The translations under genes and the position numbers were made by a program. A stretch of DNA of 63,903 bases, filler included, from Conidiobolus incongruus B7586 (lineage: Eukaryota), in NCBI GenBank assembly GCA_000697335.1. It is 19 parts of 19 records of this genome, joined end to end, with 100 filler letters (N's around TTAATTAATTAA, not from the genome) between each part and the next. Parts side by side here need not be neighbours in the genome. Positions count along the whole stretch, not along the records: positions 55,528 to 57,818 come from JNEM01003741.1; positions 57,919 to 59,434 come from JNEM01003742.1; positions 59,535 to 62,681 come from JNEM01003743.1; positions 62,782 to 63,903 come from JNEM01003745.1; 15 more parts are not named here. One strand, given 5' to 3'. Of the stretch, positions 55,528 to 63,903 are shown piece by piece. Position 1 is the first letter of the stretch; each line of letters opens with the position of its first letter. The notes under the pieces were generated by a model. The model made no database searches. It was given only the letters and a program-made list of their open reading frames with translations, and was not told the origin of the DNA.

Positions 55528-55817
55528 TCAATTAAAATTTCAAAAGGAAAAAAATGGACTGAATTTGGATTCAAAATTATCAAATTGAAGTTTATTTGCT
55601 TTGAATACAATGTACAAATGCTAGAATCTTGGGTCAGTTGACCAATCAAAGTACAGTTGAATTGCTTGATGGCCAATGTTTTAAAAGGTTTGATTTTTAT
55701 GTAACCTTTAATCACTGTACCATCACTTTTGGACTCCGAGCAATTGAGATGAACCGTTGATGGAACAGATTCAAAACTCACTGAACAAGGAGATGAGCTA
55801 GAAAATAAAGATTTCAT
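55528..55817 (-). CDS. N-terminal fragment of a probable alpha-arrestin (arrestin-N-like); the rest is in the gap
   Basis: VIKGYIKIKPFKTLAIKQFNCTLIGQ...LNPNSVHFFPFEILI resembles the arrestin-N pattern GxVxL...IxxxLxG...LxPGxHxFPFE. Confidence 0.55.
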
Positions 55818-57996
55818 AGTTAGTATAAGTAAGTAGATTTACAAATCAGTAATTTTAGATTGATATTGAACTTGTATAGAATTATTTCATATTTATACCA
55901 ATCAATCTCGAATACTTTGACTCTAATCAAAATACTCACCAATATATGGCTTTAACTGATTCATCTTAGTAACTCAATAAATAGTTCAACAATCAGCTAT
56001 ATGGATAATTTTATGTCTCAATATAGTTAAAATAACGTATATTATAGGGAGTAATATTAGGGAAGCAGAATTACTGGAAATTTTTGGGAGATTCATTAAA
56101 GCTATTGCTCTCTATATATTATATTTATGATAATATATTGATATTAAAATATTAATTTATTTTAAATTTTAATTAATGATGACGGTTAAAAAAGAATTTC
56201 ATTATATAAATATATCTTTTGAGTTGAATAAACAATATATATTTTTGAATACATTAGGATCTTAGTTATCTAATGATTCAAAAGTAATTTCCTATATTTG
56301 AATCAAATATTATTTTATGAATCCTAATTATTTCATTTTACCTTTTATACTATTATTATTAGTAAATGATTCTATAGTTCAATATATCGAGTATATTTAA
56401 TTTAATTTTCTAAGGAACTTTATTAAAAAATAACTGAAAATGACAGGATTTTAAATTTTACTTGAATTAAAAAGAGTATTTATCAAAATATCATATATTG
56501 TACGAAATATTTTATATCAACTATTCACGAAAATCTCTAAGTAGCAATTAGTAGTAAAAGATTTTCAAAGTATTATTTTGTCAGTTGGTTTAATCAACTT
56601 AAAAATGAAAGCTCCAACATAGAAAATTTATTATATTCAACTTATTTTAAATCTTTAACTAACCAAAAAAATCAATATTAATGAAAAAATATTCTAAAAA
56701 TTATTTGTATACCTTAGCGAAAGAATCAATATAGCTTTTATATTTCAACATTAACTTTATTATAATATATTAAAAGATAATTCAAAACTAATAAAAAAAT
56801 TAAAAAATAGGTAATTTATATTTTAACTAAAAATTAAATAGAGAAAGAAAAAAATATAGCTTATATAAGTCTAAATATTACTATACTTATTTTATTTTAT
56901 CTAAAATCATTATAATAGATAAATTAAGGGTTTTGATATATTATCTATTACCAAAAAATTAAAATAGCGTTTAGGTTGAAAAATCAAAACCATTATAATA
57001 TATTTCAAAAAAATTATTTAAAAAACCAATTTTTATATTTTTATAGATATTAGTAATATGATATTTCATTTATAATTATTAGTAAGAATAAATCTTAATA
57101 ATAAAATATATCTCAATATTTTGATAATTTATATAGTAATTTAATAAAAAACTGAATTAATAAATCATTTATATTGTATGTTAATTATTTTATATATAGC
57201 AAAATTTACCAAAAAATAATTTATTAAAAAAATATTATTTATTGTTATATCCATCATATTCATCAGGTATTGATATTTGTTATTAAGGTTACTTTAGTAA
57301 ATTAAAGAATTTAATTTATATAAAGTAATTTGATTGACTTTTAAAATTAAATTTATAATTTTGATAATAAATTATCAAATCCAATATAAAACAATTAACC
57401 AATTATCATCAATATGGAATTTTATTATTAAAATATATGGAAATATTTAATTTACTATTTAAATTATATTATATTTACTTTGGTTTAATTTTAATTTGAA
57501 AATTTCTAAATTTAAAATTAAAATACTTATTTTTTAAACTTATATATAAATTGATTTTGGAATAAATTTTGGTTAAATTAAATATATATTTTAAATATTA
57601 ATTTTTAATTTTAGAGTAAAATTTTTATATTAAACTAATTTGAAATTAAATTATCATCTTATCTTATATAAGTTGATATTGAAATTTTTTAAAATATACT
57701 AGCTTGTAAAAATATATTAAGAGATTAGTCTTTTAAATTCTTAAATATATATTTTTAAAATTTAATTAATTATAAATTATATGATTAATTTATAATTTTA
57801 TAGCTAAATTAATTATATNNNNNNNNNNNNNNNNNNNNNNNNNNNNNNNNNNNNNNNNNNNNTTAATTAATTAANNNNNNNNNNNNNNNNNNNNNNNNNN
57901 NNNNNNNNNNNNNNNNNNATAATTATTATTCAATATTAATAAAATTCAGTTTAATTTCAAATTAAAATATTTAAATAAATAACTATTAAATAAATA

Positions 57997-59434
57997 CACT
58001 AACCTATAAAAATAAGATATAAAAAAAGATATAGATATTTCTTTGAATATTTTGATCAATTTTAATTTAACTTATATTAAACTATATAAAATATATAATT
58101 TTTATTAATAATATAATATATAAAATTATATTTAATTAACTATTAATTGATATATTAAAACTAAAAATATATTTAAGATAAGTTATAAATTTATATGATT
58201 TAATATTTATAAAAAAATTATTATCTAGTATATCTATTATTTGTTTTTCAATTTTTTATAAGTTTATAGCGTATAGAGTCAATTAGCTTCTTATATTAAG
58301 CAAGACTAATATTATTCTAAGCTTTTTAAATATACTCCCAAAGTTCATTTAAATTTTTTGTTAAGGGGATAACTTTAATAGATTTTTTTTAATTAATTCC
58401 AAAAATATTCATTTAGGTTAAAATTAAAAAATTGAGGAGGCTATTTTATAATATTTATTTTGTTATTTTTAAGCTATTTAATAGTAAAATTTATAATATA
58501 GCAAAAGGTATTATTTTGTTGGAAAATAATATTTAATTTATTTAACCTATATTATTCAATAGATTTTTTTAATTTATTGTTTAAAATATTTTAATATATT
58601 TTAATATTAATTCCCCTATTAACCTTATAAAAATACTTTATACCTAAAGATAATATATATCCCTAAATTATAATTAACCTATTATTATATTTTTAGGTTA
58701 TAATAATATAATTGTTATAAGGTAGTTCTTTATTTTTTTTGAAACATTTAACTCTTTTATTAAATTTATTAAGATATATCTTTGTTTTATCAAACTAAAT
58801 AACTTTATTTTAGTTAATTTTAATTCAACTTTAATATTGACAATTAAATTCTTGCTTAACTTTATAATAAGACTTTTTTAATTAGGGGTGTTTTTTTAAG
58901 ATATAAGTAATATTTATTCTAATATAAAATATATATAATAGTATTAATATTAACTAATATTCTTATATAGTTCTATAATTCTTATTGTATTTTTATAGTA
59001 ATATTATACTTACTTATACTAATTAATCTACAAATATACTTTTTATCATGTTTTTAATCTTAATATATTTATATTTTAGTTTAGGTGTTTTTTTAACATT
59101 GTTTTTAATAACCTTAGCTATAATAAATTAGTTTATACTAATAATTCTAGCAATCTCACAAGTTTATTTATCTATATTTTAAAGTTGATTAATATATAAG
59201 TGAATTTTTTTAAAAAAAGATTTAGGCATTATAATATTAATTTTAAAATATTAACTTAATAGTTTGATAATATATTTAATATAATAAAAGAAAAAAATAT
59301 ATAAGTTTTGTTATTTATACCCTCTTAACTTATAAATATGTAAATTTATAACTTACTTTGGTTAAATTTTTGGTTTTAATATATTAACCAATAGTTAATA
59401 AAATATAATCAAATATAATTAGTTATAATCAACT
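57997..59434 (-). mobile_element. Degenerate Tc1 (IR-DR) copy, 5' end in gap
   Basis: Terminus TA|CACTAACCTATAAAAATAAG retains the unmutated CACT. Colinear with the reverse complement of 37217-38783. Confidence 0.88.
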
Positions 59435-60597
59435 NNNNNNNNNNNNNNNNNNNNNNNNNNNNNNNNNNNNNNNNNNNNTTAATTAATTAANNNNNNNNNN
59501 NNNNNNNNNNNNNNNNNNNNNNNNNNNNNNNNNNTTATTATAATATAGTTATATATTTAAATTCATTATATATTGATTATCTTTTCTGTATTAATTACTT
59601 TAGTATAAATTATAATAAAAACATACTAAAAGATAAATTATAATTATCGATTTTATATTTTCTTCATAAAGCAAACAAAATTGATATTATTAATTCTGTA
59701 TCATTGTTTTGAATAAAGAGTTAAAATTTACAAATATAATAAAATTAGTTCAATATAATTATTGGTCGAAGTAAAATAATAATATAATATAATAAATACA
59801 TTTTATATAAATTACCTTTCAATTGATATTAGATATTAGTAAATTTAATTCAAATTATAGTTTAAGAATCTTAATATATTATTTTTTTTTGAAATCAAAT
59901 ATTAATATCAAATAACTTTTTGTGCATCTATACCTTAATTATAATAATATATCTGATATATATATATATATAATTAGATTAAAATTTTTAATAATTAAAA
60001 GGAATTGACATATATAATAAAAATCTCACTTTATAATCAAATTCAATTAAGAAAATATTAGGATATATTAATTTGGAATATTGCAAACTTTGTATATTAT
60101 TTGAATAACTATAATATTTAGTCAATAAATAAACTTTATGTCATTCTGTTTTAATTATCAATCAATATTATTTATTAAATAACCATTAACATTCATTGTA
60201 TTTTTCATGCAATCAATCTAAATAAATAAATTTTTTATTAAGAAATTTATCAAATAAGCAATATCACTGTTTTCAATGAATTAATTTTTTAATAAAATTA
60301 TTAATTTATGACATAGAATATAAATTAGCTATAACATTCAATTAAGTATCAATTATTTTTATTTATCATATATAATTGATATTACTATGCATTATATTTA
60401 CTTAAAAAATTAATTTTAACTTTTTCTAATAATTCATAATTTCTAAATATTGGTTAAAAAAATAAATATTGTTATATATTAATATGATTTTATTATTTAT
60501 TATTTTTAATATATTAATTGTTTGAAATATATAGAGAATAATATTGATAACTATTAAATAATTGCTATATTAAAATTTAACTATTTTATATATAATA

Positions 60598-61917
60598 TTC
60601 CTTTGTATTTTTAATAATGGGAATTTTTTACAATAAAAAATAAATAAATATTTTAATATAAAATATATAAAAATAAATATATAATATAAATTTAATAGTT
60701 TCGTTTATTATTAATAACTTTTTGCTATATTTTTAACAATGATCTAACATCTAAAAATAAGTATATTTTTTAAAGACTGAAATTTAATATTTCACAAACC
60801 AATTTCATTTATTAGCAGGAATTTTTTTTCTTGTAAACTGTTTTTTAATTGTCTAAAGCAATTATAATCAAATAGGTTATAATCTAAAGAGTTATTGGAA
60901 GTAGTAGTTTTTTCCAGTTATTTTTAATTAAAAAGTTTTTTATAGCTTTAGATTTAATTATTTTGTAATTATCATGCAAAATAATAGGTTTTCTAAAATT
61001 ATCTTGAGAACACTAATTAGAAATACTTTTATTTAAAAAAACACTATAAAGTTTATTATTAATTGATTTTCCTTCAAGCACTAAATAAAGGTAGCATATA
61101 CCATTATATTCTATTATAATAATTAACATTCAATTATTAACAAAAGGCTTTTTTAAAGGAATTTGTGAAGGGGGTTGATTTGGCTTAATCTAACATCTTG
61201 ATTTGTGTTTTGGTAAACAATTATATATAGGGATTTAAGATTCATCAATTGTTTTTATTCACTTTAAAAGTTTAAGCTTCTGTTATATTTTAATAAGTTT
61301 TGTTTAACAATAACTACTATAGTTTTTTCTTGTGCTTTAGTTAAATTATATAGTAACCATTTTATATTTTAATTTATTAATTTGAGTTTGAACATTAACA
61401 TTTATAAAATACTTGTAAAACTAATATTAAAGTATTTAGATTTTTCCCTAGCTGAAATAAAAAGGTACTTTTTAATATATTTTTTCATTCTATTAACAAT
61501 TAAAAGAGTAACTGTCAAAGTTAGTCTTTTAGATTTTGGCAAGTTTTGGATAGTTTCTATTTTAGCCTTAATGTGATTTACTGAGCAATTAATTTTTGAT
61601 TTAGATAGTATTTCATTACCAAAAGCTACTTTAAAGTTATAAATAATTTTAGAGGGTTTATGGTTAAGTTTATTGATATCAAAATAAAAGACTTATGAAG
61701 ATAAATATTTGGTTAAAGTTTGATTAAACTAAACAACCAATTTTAAAAAATTAATTTTTTTATCAAAACAATTATTATTTATACATATATTAATATATAT
61801 AATTTTAAAAATATATCATTTCTAAGTAACTTAGAATATATTTATTTATTTCAAACTAATAATGTATTTAAAAAATCAGAAATTAAAAAATTTCCAATTA
61901 TTACAAATTTAATGTTA
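60598..61917 (-). mobile_element. Near full-length mariner (about 1.32 kb), best-preserved copy
   Basis: Minus-strand relics: VAFGNEILSKS, QNLPKSKR, KWLLYNLT (WVPHxL), TIDES*I, EGKSINNKLY, IILHDN and SLDYNLFDY. Imperfect TIRs of about 30 bp contain taataatgggaatttt / aaatttccaattatta. Confidence 0.88.
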
Positions 61918-62781
61918 TATTTATATTTTAATATAAATCTTTAGAAGTTATTTTGAATTTTTGATAAAAATTTGGTGAAAAATAAAATATTTAAATAATA
62001 AATGGATAAATGTATTAAATTTTTTATATTATTTTCAAAAATTATTTTTGTGATTTTTTTTCAAACCAAATAGTTTTACTTTGTTCATTTTGATTTGTTA
62101 TTTTAAAAATTCATAATTATTTTATATTCAAATTGTATAACATAATTATTATCTAAAAATAATTAAAATAAATTGGAAAATATATATCTTTTAATATCAA
62201 ATAAGAGAATAAAATATATAAAGTGAAAAATAATAATAAATATTTAATATATAACTATTAGTATAATATTATCCAAATCAATAAAAATGAATTTAATTAT
62301 TGCTTAAAATTTATTATTATGAAATATGTTATATTGATCTACAAAATTTAATATATTCTTAAAATTCTACTTTAAATTTATGTTAAGGGAATAACAAATT
62401 ACAATTTTGATATTATTTAAATTATTCGTCAAAATTATTTTTTTACATTATTTAAATAGAATTATAACAACAAAAATTTATTATATTGTTGAAATATTAA
62501 TTAAATAAAAAATATTTTCTCATATTTAAAATAATACAATATTTTTGATATTAAAAATTAAATATAAAAATTAGATTGATAGGTAAATTTTAATATTAAT
62601 ATGAAATATCTTTATAATTAAGTTAACTATAATATATATTTTTTAAACAAATCTATATATATAAAATATTATTTTATTTCANNNNNNNNNNNNNNNNNNN
62701 NNNNNNNNNNNNNNNNNNNNNNNNNTTAATTAATTAANNNNNNNNNNNNNNNNNNNNNNNNNNNNNNNNNNNNNNNNNNNN

Positions 62782-63903
62782 AAATAAATAAATATTTTAA
62801 TATATAATATAAATTTAATAGTTTCTTTTATTATTAATAATTTTTTGTTATATTTTTAACAAAGATCTAACACTAAAAAAATAGTTTTTTTTATTAAAAA
62901 CTAAAATTTAATATTTTACAAATCCATTAAATTTTTTTGCAAAAAATTTTTTTCTTGTAAGCTAGTTTTTTAATTACTTAAAGCAATTATAATCATATAG
63001 GATATAATTTAAAGAGTATACTAAATGTGGTAGTTTTTTCTAGTAATTTTTAATTAGAAATTTTTTTATAGCTTAAGATTCTTATATTTAGCAATAACAA
63101 TGCAAAATAATAAGTCTTCTTAAATTATATTAAAAACATTAATTAAAAATATTTTTATTTAAAAAAGCAATATAAAGCTTACTATTAATTGATTTTTTTT
63201 AGTAACTAAATAAAAATAATATATGCTATTATGATTAATTATAATGATTAACACTTGCTTATTAATAAAATATTAATTTAAAGTAGTTTATAAAGGGGGT
63301 TGATTTAGCTTAATCTAACATCTTGATTTGTGTTTTGGTAAAGGATTATATATAAAGATTTAAGATTTATCAATTATAATTATTTATTATAAAAGTTTAA
63401 GCTTCTAGTAATATTTTGGTAAGTTTTATTTAGTAATAACTATTTTAGCTTTATTTAAGCTTTAGTTAAATTATAAAATACTTATTTTATATTTTTATTT
63501 ATTAATTTGAGTTTAAACTTTAATTTATATAATACACTTATAAAACTATTAAAGTGCTTAGATAATTCTCTAACTAAAATAAAAGGATGTTTTTTCAATA
63601 TATTTTTTCATTTTATTAATAATTGAAAAAGTAACAATTAAAGTTAATTTTTAGATTTTGATAGATTTTAAATAATTTCTTTTTTAACTTTAAAATAATT
63701 TACCTAACAATAAATTATTAATTTAAATAATATTTTATTATTAAAAATTACTTGTATATTTTAAATAATTTTAGAGAGCTTATGGTTAGGTTTTATTAAT
63801 ACTAAAATAAAAGACTTTTGTTGATTATTATTTGATTTAAGTATAATTAAATTAAATAGCCAATTTTAAAAAAATTAATTTTTTAATCAAAAAAGTTATT
63901 ATA
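62782..63903 (-). mobile_element. Degenerate mariner copy, truncated by a gap and the window end
   Basis: Colinear with 60640-61780 and 42447-43540. Confidence 0.85.

Overview
This is very AT-rich eukaryotic scaffold sequence with 18 assembly gaps, each 44 N + TTAATTAATTAA + 44 N. Introns are GT-AG and about 50-56 nt. The gene content suggests a fungus, probably an early-diverging one such as Conidiobolus; that assignment is inference. The left gene island (about 2.8-13.9 kb) holds a 7TM/GPCR pseudogene, a protein with only a kinase N-lobe, a 4-exon OTU deubiquitinase, a gap-truncated CDS and tRNA-Ser(GCT). The right island (about 46.7-55.8 kb) holds a cytochrome P450 pseudogene interrupted by a solo-LTR-like insert, an intact 9-exon P450 and an arrestin-like fragment. 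Between and after them (14-46 kb, 57-64 kb) are transposon graveyards: a complete 5.6-kb chromodomain-bearing Ty3/Gypsy element (374-bp LTRs, TCTTT TSD), at least 7 copies of an IR-DR Tc1 (DD34E) and at least 7 copies of a mariner (DD34D). One secreted I78-like peptidase-inhibitor gene sits alone inside the graveyard. The main signal is that all three multi-copy transposon families are destroyed by dense C>T/G>A transitions with very few indels, and have lost their CpGs. Neighbouring genes, pseudogenes and a 333-bp insert are spared. This looks like a RIP-like, repeat-targeted genome defence with an apparently broad CpA/CpT/CpG context. All counts were made by hand.
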